Of a DNA stretch of 33,949 nt, positions 22,286 through 32,066 are shown in pieces. The stretch is from a virus (lineage: Duplodnaviria > Caudoviricetes). The DNA lies in IMG/VR virus record IMGVR_UViG_3300011443_000038, positions 1-33,949 of that record; one strand, 5' to 3'. Under the pieces are notes generated by a model that did no database searches, was not told the DNA's origin, and saw nothing but the letters and a program-made list of their open reading frames with translations. The position numbers were made by a program, and so were the translations under genes. The stretch's first letter is position 1, and each line of letters starts with the position of its first letter.

Positions 22286-23218
22286 ATGCGGTGGTTCTTC
22301 CTTGCCGTTTCCCTCCTCGTTGCGGTGTCCCTTCCTTGTGATGGCGCTGTGGCGTTGATGAAGGCCGGCCCCGGCGTTATGGGGCATGGTTTAAACGTGC
22401 GATCCGGGCCGGCAGCCCCGGCACTCCCCGGCGATACGGTGGCGTTCACTGCCTGGTGGGGTCTGCGGGCGTATAGTTCGGCGCAACTCACAGGCAGCAC
22501 GAACGCGGTGCGGGTGCGCCGCAGCAGCGACAATTTCGAGTACGATATCAAGGTTTTGCCGAGCGGCTTGTTGGACGTTGGTCCAGGCAGTGGGCCGCTC
22601 GATCACTGCACCTCGACCAGTTGCTTTGTTTCGATCTTTTACGATCAGACCGGCAACAACGCCTGTGGTGGCGCGAGTTGTAACTGCGTGCAGACAACCG
22701 CTGCGGCGCAACTGTCGTTTGTTTTTAACTGCCTTGGGACAAAGCCCTGCGTTCAATCGTCAGCCGCAGCGGTCCAATGTATATCCGCCAATAACTTTAC
22801 GCCCGCGACCGGGACGCAGAGCCTGCACTATGTCGGGGGGCGGACGACAGGCACGGTGGCAACGGTCCCCATTTCGGTGGGCAGCCTTAGCCGGATTACG
22901 CCTGTGGGCGGGGCGGCTAACTGGCAGCTTTTAAGTAACGGCGGGTCGATAACGCGAGCGGCGACCGATGGTGCGTGGCATGTCGCAGCAGGCGTTGCTG
23001 CGGCAGGCGCTAACCTGTCCTCGCTGTCGATCGATGGCGTTACGACCGTGGGTACGGTGACGCCCGGTGTGACGGTGGCTGCCCCCCTTATGGCTCGCGG
23101 CGGTGCGGGGGCGACACAGTCCACCGTCGAGGGCGGCTTTATCGATAACGCAGTGCTTAGCGCCGGCCAGATTGGGGCGCTCAACGCCAGTGCCAGAGCT
23201 TATTACGGGATACCCTGA
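22286..23218 (+). CDS. Signal-peptide-bearing ConA/LamG-like (arabinofuranosidase B-like) protein
   Basis: MRWFFLAVSLLVAVSL signal; AWWGLRAY...VRVRRSSDN..DI...FVSIFYDQTGN; WHV..G...LSIDG. Confidence 0.7.
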   Translation: MRWFFLAVSLLVAVSLPCDGAVALMKAGPGVMGHGLNVRSGPAAPALPGDTVAFTAWWGLRAYSSAQLTGSTNAVRVRRSSDNFEYDIKVLPSGLLDVGPGSGPLDHCTSTSCFVSIFYDQTGNNACGGASCNCVQTTAAAQLSFVFNCLGTKPCVQSSAAAVQCISANNFTPATGTQSLHYVGGRTTGTVATVPISVGSLSRITPVGGAANWQLLSNGGSITRAATDGAWHVAAGVAAAGANLSSLSIDGVTTVGTVTPGVTVAAPLMARGGAGATQSTVEGGFIDNAVLSAGQIGALNASARAYYGIP

Positions 23219-24804
23219 TGGCGATCCTGCGATGGCCGGAGTGGCTGCCCGACCTGGCCGACATCGACGGCAGTCCGATGATACGCAACGTCATTCCTCT
23301 GACGGCCAATTCGTATGGCGGCATGCCGACCGCTGTCCCCTGGTCGACCAATACCCTTGGCGGAAGGTGCGTGGGCGCTTACACGATCAAGGCGGCGAAC
23401 GGCGACATCCACATAATTGCCGGCGACAGCACCAAGCTCTATCGCCTGCCGCCGGGGGTAGGGCGCGACTTTGTCGATGTCAGCCGCGTCGCAGGCGGTC
23501 CCTATGGGGTGCCCGACAGGCACTTCTGGGACATGACCAGTTTCGGCGACCGCATCCTGGCCACCAATGGGTTCGACCCGATACAAAGCATGCGAATTGG
23601 AGGAAGCAATTTCAGCGATCTCCAACCCGGCGATGCCGGCGCGATCCCGCCAATACCAGCCGCGCCGTTGGCAAGGTACATAGCCACTGTCAGGGACTTC
23701 GTGATGGTGGGAAATACCACTGACGATGTAGATGGGCCGCGCCCGTTTCGTGTGTGGTGGTCATCGATCAACCAGCCCGACCAGTGGCCGACGCCGGGAA
23801 GTATAACGGCGCTTCAGACGATGTCGGACTACCAGGACCTTCAACAAACCGACCTTGGCAATGTCACTGGGATTGAATCGGGCTTCGCACCGGGGGCCGA
23901 TGCGGTAATATTTTGCGAGAGGGGCATCTATGGCGCGTCTTTTGTGGGCCCGCCACTGCTGTTCAGTTTCCGCCCCATCCTCGGATGTTCGGGAACATCC
24001 AGCCCCCTATCGATTGTACAAAGCCTCGCAAGGGACAATTCCGGCGCGCTTCGCCCGGTTATCTATTACCTGTCGGAAGAGGGCTTCAAGGCCTTCGATG
24101 GTTCGACAAGTTACGCCATCGGGGCGCAGAAGTTCGACCGGGCGTTTTTTGCCGACCTCGATCCGGGGCAGATCCACAATGTGCAGGGCGTTGCCGACCC
24201 ACGCTCGCCTGTCATCATGTGGGCCTATTCGTCGCCCACCGGCACCGGGCTTTACAACCGCGTGCTGGTTTACAATTGGGAATTGTCGCGGGCGGCCACC
24301 ATCAGCCTGCCGGACGCCCAGCACATAGAGCACATGCTGCGCGGCGCGTTCGGTACGGCCTACACGATCGACCAGATCGACACGCTGTTTCCCTCCATCG
24401 AGGACGTGACGCCCTCCCTCGACGCTCCCTTCTGGTCCGGTTCCGGTGTCGGCCTGTTGGCGATGTTCGACATCGATCATCGCCTGGGCGTCGGCAACGG
24501 CCCACCGATGGCCGTCCTGTTGGAGACGGCGGAAACCCAGCCAAACCCGGGCAGGCGCTCGTGGGTCGATATGGTCCGCCCGCTCAACGATGGCGGCGCG
24601 GCGGCGGTCAGCGTGGGGCACCGCGAGCGTTCGACCGACCCGGTCAGGTGGGAGCCCGAGGTGCCGATAGACGCCATCGGGCGGTGCCCGCAGCGTTGCA
24701 CGGGGCGCTTCATACGCTTTCGCATGACGCTGCCGGCGGGGGAGGAGCTGCGCCACATGTGGGGCATCGACGCGGATGTCATGCCCGAGAGCAAGCTGCG
24801 CTGA
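23218..24804 (+). CDS. Tail nozzle / DNA stabilisation protein (P22 gp10-like beta-propeller)
   Basis: EWLPDL N-terminus, WDMTSFGD, ARYIATVRDFVMVGN, VWWSSIN, YYLSEEGF, GRFIRFRM. Confidence 0.8.
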   Translation: MAILRWPEWLPDLADIDGSPMIRNVIPLTANSYGGMPTAVPWSTNTLGGRCVGAYTIKAANGDIHIIAGDSTKLYRLPPGVGRDFVDVSRVAGGPYGVPDRHFWDMTSFGDRILATNGFDPIQSMRIGGSNFSDLQPGDAGAIPPIPAAPLARYIATVRDFVMVGNTTDDVDGPRPFRVWWSSINQPDQWPTPGSITALQTMSDYQDLQQTDLGNVTGIESGFAPGADAVIFCERGIYGASFVGPPLLFSFRPILGCSGTSSPLSIVQSLARDNSGALRPVIYYLSEEGFKAFDGSTSYAIGAQKFDRAFFADLDPGQIHNVQGVADPRSPVIMWAYSSPTGTGLYNRVLVYNWELSRAATISLPDAQHIEHMLRGAFGTAYTIDQIDTLFPSIEDVTPSLDAPFWSGSGVGLLAMFDIDHRLGVGNGPPMAVLLETAETQPNPGRRSWVDMVRPLNDGGAAAVSVGHRERSTDPVRWEPEVPIDAIGRCPQRCTGRFIRFRMTLPAGEELRHMWGIDADVMPESKLR

Positions 24805-24965
24805 TGGCCGCGCACAGTCCGACCCAGCCGGTGGCGGCGTCCGTCATGCCGTATCAGCCCCCGGGCGGGTGGGATGCGTGGCTGCGCGAGATCGCGGCGG
24901 CGGTGAACCTCATCGTGGCCAAGCTGGAAGACCTGGAGGCGCGCGTGACGGCACTTGAGCCTTGA
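24804..24965 (+). CDS. Small coiled-coil protein (53 aa; tail needle/plug-like position)
   Basis: WLREIAAAVNLIVAKLEDLEARVTALEP; TGATG coupling to the nozzle gene. Confidence 0.6.
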   Translation: MAAHSPTQPVAASVMPYQPPGGWDAWLREIAAAVNLIVAKLEDLEARVTALEP

Positions 24966-25429
24966 CCCTGTGCGTGTGGGGCCAATCCCAAAGAGGCGCC
25001 CTGGCGGCGTCCGTAGCGGTGCGCCTGCCGCCCCTCGATGAGCTTGTCCACAAGTGGACGCACGTCGAGCCGATGCTGCTGCGGGCGACGAAGCGCACCG
25101 GCTGCTATGAGCCGATCGACCTCTTGAAGGGCGCGATGTCGGGCCGCTACGGTATCTGGCTGTGCGAGTCCGAGGCCGGCATCGACGCCGCGATCGTCAC
25201 CGAGATCGTGAATTACCCGAGGAAGCGCATCCTCGAAATGATGTTCGTGGGCGGCAGCAATATGGCGCTCTGGCTTCCCGAGGCGGTCCGCGTATTCGAC
25301 GAGCACGCAAAGAAGACCGGCTGCGCGCACATCGCATGCTTGGGCCGCCGATCGTGGGGGCGCGTTTGGGGTGGCGAATTGACCGGCGACGTGGTTGTCG
25401 TGAGAGGATTAGGCGATGTCCAGCGGTAA
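24962..25429 (+). CDS. GNAT-fold-like tail/ejection assembly protein
   Basis: AAIVTEIVNYPRKRIL...VGG...AKKTGC.HI...GRRSWGRV; position equivalent to P22 gp14/T7 gp13. Confidence 0.7.
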   Translation: MTLCVWGQSQRGALAASVAVRLPPLDELVHKWTHVEPMLLRATKRTGCYEPIDLLKGAMSGRYGIWLCESEAGIDAAIVTEIVNYPRKRILEMMFVGGSNMALWLPEAVRVFDEHAKKTGCAHIACLGRRSWGRVWGGELTGDVVVVRGLGDVQR

Positions 25430-26921
25430 GGGCTCCCTGCAACAGGGTGCACCGACAACGACGGTAAACCCAGCCCAGGCATCGCAGCAGCCATACCTCG
25501 ACTATGGCTACGAGCAAGCCAAGAGCCTCTACCAGAACCAGCCGCAGCAGGCCTACCCAGGCCAGAGCTACGCCCCCATCAATCCGTATACGACACAGGG
25601 CTACAGCGATATCTACGCGACCGGGCAATCGGTCGATCAGAACCTTCGCCCGGTTGCCAACCAAGCCTGGGGGAATGCGGCGAGCGGCAATTACCAGGGC
25701 AATCCCGCCTATGGTGGATACCAGGGTTATGCGGGCGGCACGTCTTATCCGCAGGGCGTGCATCAGGCTGTCGGCAAGGCCGCGGTGCCTACCGGCAACG
25801 AATACGCCAGACAGGTGGGTACCTATGGGCAGGCCGCCGCCAACACCGGGGGGCAGTACGCGGGGCAGACGGCCAGCTACGCCAACCCTGCCGCGGCGTC
25901 GGGCCAGTTTTTCTCCGGGCAGGCGGGCCAGTATGCGCCGCAGCAAGCCGCCTATGCCGGCCAGCTTGGTGCCAACCGCAATTTGGGTCTCTCCCAATTG
26001 GGGCAGACCGCGTCGGGCTACTATTTGCCGGGTCAGGCGGGTGCCAACCCTTACTTGCAGCCGACCATCGATGCCGCCCTCGACCCTCTCAACCGCAACT
26101 ACCAGACGGTGGTCGATCCCGGCAATGCCGCGGCGGCGTCGGCATCGGGCCGTTATGGCTCCGGCGCGCATGCCGGTCAGGTCGGGGCTAGCCAGCAGAA
26201 CTATCTGGAGCAGGCCGGCGACATCACCAGCAAGATGAGTTCCGACATCTACAACGCCGAGCGGGCGCGCCAGGACGCGGCGGCACAGACCTACGGCAGC
26301 CAGTACCAAGCCGGCCTGACGGGTGCGATCACGGGCCTGGGGGAGGCGGGGCGCACGGCTGTCAATGCCGGCAACCTCGCCAACCAGGGGTATCAGAATG
26401 CCGGGAACCTTTTGGCGCAGGCGGGCAGCACGGCCAATGCCGGCTATAGCACGGGGGCAAACGCGGCGAATGCGGCTGGCGGTTTGAGTTTCAAGGGTCT
26501 CGACACGGCCGGGACGGCGGCAAACAACTACGCCGCCCAGCAGCAGTACGGTCTCAACTCGCTGTCCAATGCCTTCAACACCGCGAATACCAACCAATTG
26601 AGGGCGGCGGAGATGTACCCGCAGCTCGCCGCCGCCCAATACAGCGGCTCCAATGCCGCCGTGCAGGCCGGCCAGGGCCACACGGCGCAGCAGCAGGCCG
26701 ATATCACCGGGGCGATGAGCGACTGGCAGCGCAATCAGCAGCAGCCATACGCCAACCTCAACGCCTATCTGGCCTCGATCGGCAAGCCTGTCGGCGGTTC
26801 GGAAACCGTCACTAAATCGGCTTATACCGACCCGTTCTCCTCCGCCCTGTCCGGTATCGGCGGGCTTGCCGGTATTGCCGGCAGCCTTGGCTGGGCACCG
26901 CTCGCGGGTCTCGCCATATGA
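25416..26921 (+). CDS. Ejection (DNA pilot) protein
   Basis: Gln/Ala/Gly/Tyr-rich; PYLDYGYEQAKSLY, NPYLQ, SGRYGSGAH, hydrophobic Gly-rich C-terminus. Confidence 0.75.
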   Translation: MSSGKGSLQQGAPTTTVNPAQASQQPYLDYGYEQAKSLYQNQPQQAYPGQSYAPINPYTTQGYSDIYATGQSVDQNLRPVANQAWGNAASGNYQGNPAYGGYQGYAGGTSYPQGVHQAVGKAAVPTGNEYARQVGTYGQAAANTGGQYAGQTASYANPAAASGQFFSGQAGQYAPQQAAYAGQLGANRNLGLSQLGQTASGYYLPGQAGANPYLQPTIDAALDPLNRNYQTVVDPGNAAAASASGRYGSGAHAGQVGASQQNYLEQAGDITSKMSSDIYNAERARQDAAAQTYGSQYQAGLTGAITGLGEAGRTAVNAGNLANQGYQNAGNLLAQAGSTANAGYSTGANAANAAGGLSFKGLDTAGTAANNYAAQQQYGLNSLSNAFNTANTNQLRAAEMYPQLAAAQYSGSNAAVQAGQGHTAQQQADITGAMSDWQRNQQQPYANLNAYLASIGKPVGGSETVTKSAYTDPFSSALSGIGGLAGIAGSLGWAPLAGLAI

Positions 26922-27427
26922 TGCCGCCCCTCCCCGAGCCGGCGGGCGACATACGCGCCCAGCTCGTCGCGACGGTCGATCCTGCGCACCCTAAGCGGGC
27001 GACGTTCCTGGTGCCGGCAGATGCCGTGCCGCTCGACCGCAAGGCCCTGAAGCAGGCGGGCGTCTATGTCGTCGAGCGCGACGAAGGTGCCCTGGTGACG
27101 TTGCGCGCTGATTTGGCAGCCTATTTCAAGGAGCCGGACTACGACCTCGACGCCTTCGACACCAAGATGGCGGAGATCCTTGATTACCCGGAGCCCAAGC
27201 CGGTCGTGAAAGAGCGGTGCAATGGTCGCATCGGCACGCTCTCGCACATGATCCAGGCGCGCGACCGCGATGGGCACGTCGTCCACGAATGCTGCGTCAG
27301 CCCGACAATGTTCCTCCCCGCCCTCGACCTGATGCGGCCCTATGTCCCCGATGGCGGACAATTGGTTTTTCTCGGCATGGCGACGGCGCTCGCCCGTCGC
27401 GTGGCCCTCAGGTGGGTAGAACGCTGA
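26918..27427 (+). CDS. Hypothetical protein (169 aa)
   Basis: Coupled at both ends (ATGA, TGATG). Confidence 0.7.
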   Translation: MMPPLPEPAGDIRAQLVATVDPAHPKRATFLVPADAVPLDRKALKQAGVYVVERDEGALVTLRADLAAYFKEPDYDLDAFDTKMAEILDYPEPKPVVKERCNGRIGTLSHMIQARDRDGHVVHECCVSPTMFLPALDLMRPYVPDGGQLVFLGMATALARRVALRWVER

Positions 27428-29013
27428 TGGCAGAGGTAATTGACTGGTCCCCGGTGGACGAGAGCAACAATTCGCCGCCCCCGGTCGGCGCTCCCGAGCA
27501 CCATGCGCCGTCCGCCACGAATAATATCATGCGGGCGATGATGGGGGCGGTCCGGCGCTGGCACGACAGCGTCAATACCCAGCTGGCCAATTTCCTGCCG
27601 CTGTCGGGCGGCACCGTCACCGGCAATGCCGGGTTTACCGGGCCTCTCGGAATACACATTCAGGGGACGTGGCTCGACGGTGACGGTATCGGCAATTTGA
27701 TTGTCCGTAACGTGGCGGGCGGCAGCACGGCGGGGGCCGTGTGGTCTATCGGATACGGGGCCGGGTTCCGGTTCGGCGACCGCGACATGGTGTCTCCCAA
27801 CTGGACATGGCACGCCAATGCCGGGACCGCGCTGTTCGGGCGCGTTGGCGCAGCCGCCATCATCACCGTTAACTGGGGCGGACAGGTTACCGTCACCGGC
27901 AATCTGACGGCCACCGGGGCGGTCACCGGCAATCAGATTTTCGCGACCACCGGCATGCACGCCGGAGGCAGCATCGCCACCGATTTTCACGTCACGGCTG
28001 ACGGCGACATCACTGCCGGCGGGGCGATCACCGGCAATCAGGTTTTCTCGACCCTCGGCATGCACGCCGGGGGCAGCATCGGCGCTGATTTTCACATTGT
28101 GGCTGGGGGCGACATCACGGCTGGCGATGCCATCACGGCTGGCGGGACGGTCAGGGGCGGTTACATCCAATCCACCGGAGGCTGCGATTCGGCATCGGTG
28201 GGGACCGCCTACGTCCATTGCACCGGCCATATCGAGGCCGATGGCAATGTCACCGCCGCCGGTTCGGTCAATGCCGCTTTTGTAAATTCGTCCGGTGGCA
28301 TCCACGCCAATGGCGTGATCGACAGCGACACCAACATCACTGCCGACGGCAATGTCACCGCTGGCGGCACCGTCACCGGCAACGCAGTAACCGCCAACAC
28401 CATCAACGCCACCAACATCACTGGCGCAAGCGTTGTCGGCACCACCAGCCTCGCCACGCGCGACGCTGTCGGCGACATAACATGCGGCCTGTTTACGTCG
28501 GGGACCGTCAGCTACCTGCAATTCCTCAATCAGGCATCGAACGCCAACCGCTGGGAATTTGACGGCACCAACGGCGACTTGCAGTGGCGCAGCCTCAATG
28601 CCGTTCACTGGGTGATGCGGCGCAGCCCTGCCGGCAGCAGCGACAATATGTGCTTCAACGCGCTTGGCCCGGTTGGCGGGTTCGGGGCCTACTACAATTC
28701 ATCCGACCGGCGCGGCAAGGAAGACATCGAGAGCGACACTTGCGGTCTCGATGCTGTCCTGCGCCTCAACCCGGTGTCGTTCCGGCGCATCGGGCAGGAT
28801 TACCGCGAAACCGGCTTTGTCGCCCAGGAACTGCGCGAGGTCATGCCGGATGCCGTCCGCGTTGTCGGAATACCTTTACCGGACGATACCGGCGGTCCCG
28901 ACGACGAAAACCCAACATTAGGCGTCGATACGACGCCCATCATCGCTGCGCTCGTCAATGCGGTGAAGGAGATGTCGGGACGTATCAAGACACTGGAAGG
29001 AGCAAGGCAATGA
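27427..29013 (+). CDS. Tail fibre with C-terminal peptidase S74 intramolecular chaperone
   Basis: IDWS....NN...G.PE...PS..NN.MRAMM attachment domain; G.ITA.G repeats; YNSSDRRGKEDI...LRLNPVSF...GFVAQE...ALVNAVKE. Confidence 0.88.
   Translation: MAEVIDWSPVDESNNSPPPVGAPEHHAPSATNNIMRAMMGAVRRWHDSVNTQLANFLPLSGGTVTGNAGFTGPLGIHIQGTWLDGDGIGNLIVRNVAGGSTAGAVWSIGYGAGFRFGDRDMVSPNWTWHANAGTALFGRVGAAAIITVNWGGQVTVTGNLTATGAVTGNQIFATTGMHAGGSIATDFHVTADGDITAGGAITGNQVFSTLGMHAGGSIGADFHIVAGGDITAGDAITAGGTVRGGYIQSTGGCDSASVGTAYVHCTGHIEADGNVTAAGSVNAAFVNSSGGIHANGVIDSDTNITADGNVTAGGTVTGNAVTANTINATNITGASVVGTTSLATRDAVGDITCGLFTSGTVSYLQFLNQASNANRWEFDGTNGDLQWRSLNAVHWVMRRSPAGSSDNMCFNALGPVGGFGAYYNSSDRRGKEDIESDTCGLDAVLRLNPVSFRRIGQDYRETGFVAQELREVMPDAVRVVGIPLPDDTGGPDDENPTLGVDTTPIIAALVNAVKEMSGRIKTLEGARQ
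27916..28125 (+). repeat. Two tandem 105-bp (35-aa) repeats in the fibre shaft
   Basis: GAVTGNQIFATTGMHAGGSIATDFHVTADGDITAG / GAITGNQVFSTLGMHAGGSIGADFHIVAGGDITAG, starting at 27916 and 28021. Confidence 0.85.
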
Positions 29014-29264
29014 GCGATTTTGGTGCCGTCTACGATTACGCGCTAGCCCTGGAGGCTGAAGTCCCCGAGGCAGCTCTGGCGAAGGTCAAGCATCTTCGCC
29101 CCGGCATGCTGCCGGAAACCAAGGCCATGCGGGAAGCGCGGGAAAAGGAAGAAAAGGAAGCCAAGGCGAAGACAGAACGCGAGGCGGCAGCGGCGGCCAA
29201 GGAGAACGACCACCCGAAACCGCCCCCGGCCCCGCATTCGGCACCAACAAGGCCAGCCGCGTAA
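29010..29264 (+). CDS. Hypothetical protein (84 aa, charged)
   Basis: AAGGAG RBS, ATGA overlap with the fibre gene. Confidence 0.7.
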   Translation: MSDFGAVYDYALALEAEVPEAALAKVKHLRPGMLPETKAMREAREKEEKEAKAKTEREAAAAAKENDHPKPPPAPHSAPTRPAA

Positions 29265-29282
29265 GGTAAAGGGAGGCCGTCG

Positions 29283-32066
29283 ATGGCAGAAGACGATTAC
29301 TGGTCGCCGCGCGACAGCGGCGGTCTCCTTGGTGGCGGCGGGGGCTGGCTGGGAAACCTGCTCAATTTCAGTGGCGGGCGCTCGACCACCGCCGATCTTT
29401 ACGGCGACCTCTTCAGCAAGAAGCAGCTCGCCGCGATCCAGCAGCGCGAGTCGCAGGCCAAGTTCAAGGGCTTGCTGGACGTGCTGAACCAAGCCGCCGC
29501 GCCTAGTGAATTCAAGAAGAATTACGGGCAGATATTGGGGCAGGCGGGCAGCGCCATGCTGGGGAGCGCAGCCACTGGCGATGCGGCGGCGGAAAGCGCC
29601 CTGAAAGGCGGACTGACAGCCCAGAAGATCGCCCAGCTCAAACAGGAACTGGCGCTTGATCAGCAATATCAGCAGATCATGCGGGACATCAGGGCCAAAA
29701 GGGCCGCCGCTGGTGGCGGTATGCCGGGGGCCGCGCCCGCGCCGCCTCCTGGCGCGCCTCCCGGTGCGCCACCGCCGGGTCCAACTCCCGGTGCGCCGGT
29801 ACCCAACCCGGCTGGCAATGGTCCGCCGCCGCCCCAAGGCACCTTTGGCCTCCCCGGCAGCGCGCCGCGGGCGCAGCCTAGCTGGGGTCTCCCGCCGGCC
29901 CTCCCGCCCGATGCCCAGCATACCGGCCTCCCCGCCGGCCTTGATCCTAACCAGCAGTTCGCCGGCCTCCTGGGAGGGGGCGCGCAGCCCCCTTTCCCTA
30001 CGGAGGAGGCGGCCCTGCGGCCGCCGGATACGTTTATCCCCAGTGGCCCTGGAGGTTTGCTTAACCCTGAAGCGGTCAGGACGGTTGGCGCGGGCGCTGA
30101 CGACCAGTGGCTCGCTCTGAATGCCCCGTTCCCGACCAGAGCCGACCCCGCCGGCGCCCCTATCAAATGGCGGCACGACAGGCCCGTGATCGACCCTAAC
30201 GACCCCGCTAGCCAGGGGCCGGGATCGCCGGCTGGGCCAGGACCGGGAGGGCTGCTTGCACAACGGCCCGGCCTGAAGGGGTCGGCCTGGGAGGCAGCCA
30301 ACAACAACCTGGGCGGCATGCGTATACCCGGCGTCAACAAGACGCCTTCACAAGGCGGGTTCCAGAGCTTCGCGACGCCAGAGGCCGGATTGCGGGCGAT
30401 CAGCCACCAACTCGACCGCTACGCCTCCGGGGCGACCACCGGCAAGCCCCTGACGACGATCAGGCAGATCGTTTCGACCTGGGCGCCGGCACACGAGAAC
30501 CCGACCGCGAAACTGATCGAGCGCGCGACAAGAATTGTCGGTGTCGATCCCAACACGCCGCTCGACCTCTCTGACCCGTTGACCAAGGCCAAGCTGATCA
30601 CCGCGATGATTGCCATCGAGCAAGGCGGGCGCGTGCCGGTCGATCCCGAGCTGATCGCCAGTGTGGCAAGCGCGCCCCCCGGCAGCGTGTCCGGTCTTGA
30701 TGAGGTGGTGGGGCAGCGTCGCAGCGTGCCGGGATTTACCAGGGCGCAATACGGTGGTGGCGGTCCCGGCGGGGCTCCCGGCGCTCCTGCCGCAGCGGGC
30801 GGGGGCAGCGACCAGCCTATCCCCGGCATTGGCCTTAGCCCGCAGGATCTGGGGCTGCTTGACGCTTTCGCCACGATGGCCAAGCGCGGCTCGCCGTTCA
30901 AGTCGTTGCTGGACACCTACTACAAAGACCCGGCCTACCTGGGGCAGGCAGCCGCGGCGCAGGCCGGCGCTCAACAGCCTTTCCAACTGGAACAGATCCG
31001 CGAGCGCGCAGACCTCGATTTGAAGAACACGCTCGCCGGCAAGGGATGGAGGATGACGCCATCGGGAGGACTTGAGTCAATCCCCGGCCATCCAGAGCTT
31101 GAAGGGAAGTCGGCCCGTCAGCTTGAGGAAATTAAGACCCAAGCCACGAAGGACATCGAGGAACACAAGCAGAAATACACGTTCAGCGATGTTCGTGTTG
31201 TCGGCCCGGATGGCGCTGAGACGACAAGGCCCATGTCAAATTACGACAAGTCCAGATTGCTTGATCAGCAGCGTGCACGCGAGGCTGAAGACAGGAAGAA
31301 TGGCGTCTTCGGCGGGAAGAGGGCTGGTGATATAGTAGACACGCCATACGTCTCGCCAGAAGAACAGACCGCGCGCACGGAGTCGGCAAAGGCTGGTGCT
31401 GGGAAGTCATGGGATACCATGACTGGCGCTATTGAGCGTGCTCAGGGGGCGCAGACGCGTATCCAGCTCTATGGCCAGATCGCAGAAAGCATGAAGGGTT
31501 TCCAGCCTGGGGCTGGCGCGGAATTGAGGCTCAGGTCCAAGCAATTATTAAAGGCCGCTGGCGTCATTGACGACGAGGGCGTGTCGGATGGTGAAGCCAT
31601 GCTGCGTGCGACGCGCACGCTACAGGCCATCGCAGCCGAGAAGTCTAAGGGCTCAACGTCCGACTACGAGCGGGGACTGATCGCCGAGGGCGCAGCCCAG
31701 ATGTCGAACTCCCCTGAGGGGCTCGCCAAGCTGATCGCCATCGGGCAACGCCTCGATGAATACGAGGTGAAGGTTGCCGAGATCCACCAACAGGTGGCGG
31801 CGGAGAAGGGGAGGCCCGATCTGCTCGAAGCGCAGAAGCGCATATCGATGCTCGGCCCACCCATCTCTGCCGGCGAGCGCGCTGCCTTGGAGCAGATACG
31901 CAGCGGGGGCGTGCCCAGACCCAGCGCATCGGCTCCGCCAAACGAGCTTGGCGTGCTGCGCGAAGAAGTGGCCAACGCCATGGCAAAAAATGTCCCGCGC
32001 GCCGAGATCGAGAGGCGCCTGCGCGAGAAGGGTTTCGATCCAGCTGCCGTGTTCGGAGGCCAGTAG
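29283..32066 (+). CDS. Ejection protein with internal lysozyme-like peptidoglycan hydrolase domain
   Basis: ~30300-30625: NNNLGGMR...FQSFATPEAGLRA...TIRQIVSTWAPAHEN...AMIAIEQG; C-terminal KGSTSDYE helical domain; GGAGG RBS. Confidence 0.78.
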   Translation: MAEDDYWSPRDSGGLLGGGGGWLGNLLNFSGGRSTTADLYGDLFSKKQLAAIQQRESQAKFKGLLDVLNQAAAPSEFKKNYGQILGQAGSAMLGSAATGDAAAESALKGGLTAQKIAQLKQELALDQQYQQIMRDIRAKRAAAGGGMPGAAPAPPPGAPPGAPPPGPTPGAPVPNPAGNGPPPPQGTFGLPGSAPRAQPSWGLPPALPPDAQHTGLPAGLDPNQQFAGLLGGGAQPPFPTEEAALRPPDTFIPSGPGGLLNPEAVRTVGAGADDQWLALNAPFPTRADPAGAPIKWRHDRPVIDPNDPASQGPGSPAGPGPGGLLAQRPGLKGSAWEAANNNLGGMRIPGVNKTPSQGGFQSFATPEAGLRAISHQLDRYASGATTGKPLTTIRQIVSTWAPAHENPTAKLIERATRIVGVDPNTPLDLSDPLTKAKLITAMIAIEQGGRVPVDPELIASVASAPPGSVSGLDEVVGQRRSVPGFTRAQYGGGGPGGAPGAPAAAGGGSDQPIPGIGLSPQDLGLLDAFATMAKRGSPFKSLLDTYYKDPAYLGQAAAAQAGAQQPFQLEQIRERADLDLKNTLAGKGWRMTPSGGLESIPGHPELEGKSARQLEEIKTQATKDIEEHKQKYTFSDVRVVGPDGAETTRPMSNYDKSRLLDQQRAREAEDRKNGVFGGKRAGDIVDTPYVSPEEQTARTESAKAGAGKSWDTMTGAIERAQGAQTRIQLYGQIAESMKGFQPGAGAELRLRSKQLLKAAGVIDDEGVSDGEAMLRATRTLQAIAAEKSKGSTSDYERGLIAEGAAQMSNSPEGLAKLIAIGQRLDEYEVKVAEIHQQVAAEKGRPDLLEAQKRISMLGPPISAGERAALEQIRSGGVPRPSASAPPNELGVLREEVANAMAKNVPRAEIERRLREKGFDPAAVFGGQ

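Noticed and set aside
23913-24803. Long alternate-frame ORF overlapping the nozzle gene
   Set aside because: Only the last 53 codons from ATG 24804 look protein-like; the rest is Arg/Gly/Pro-rich off-frame text
27916-28125. Fibre repeats as a diversity-generating retroelement TR/VR pair or CRISPR array
   Set aside because: Tandem, in-frame, differences not adenine-specific, no spacers, and no reverse transcriptase or cas gene in the window
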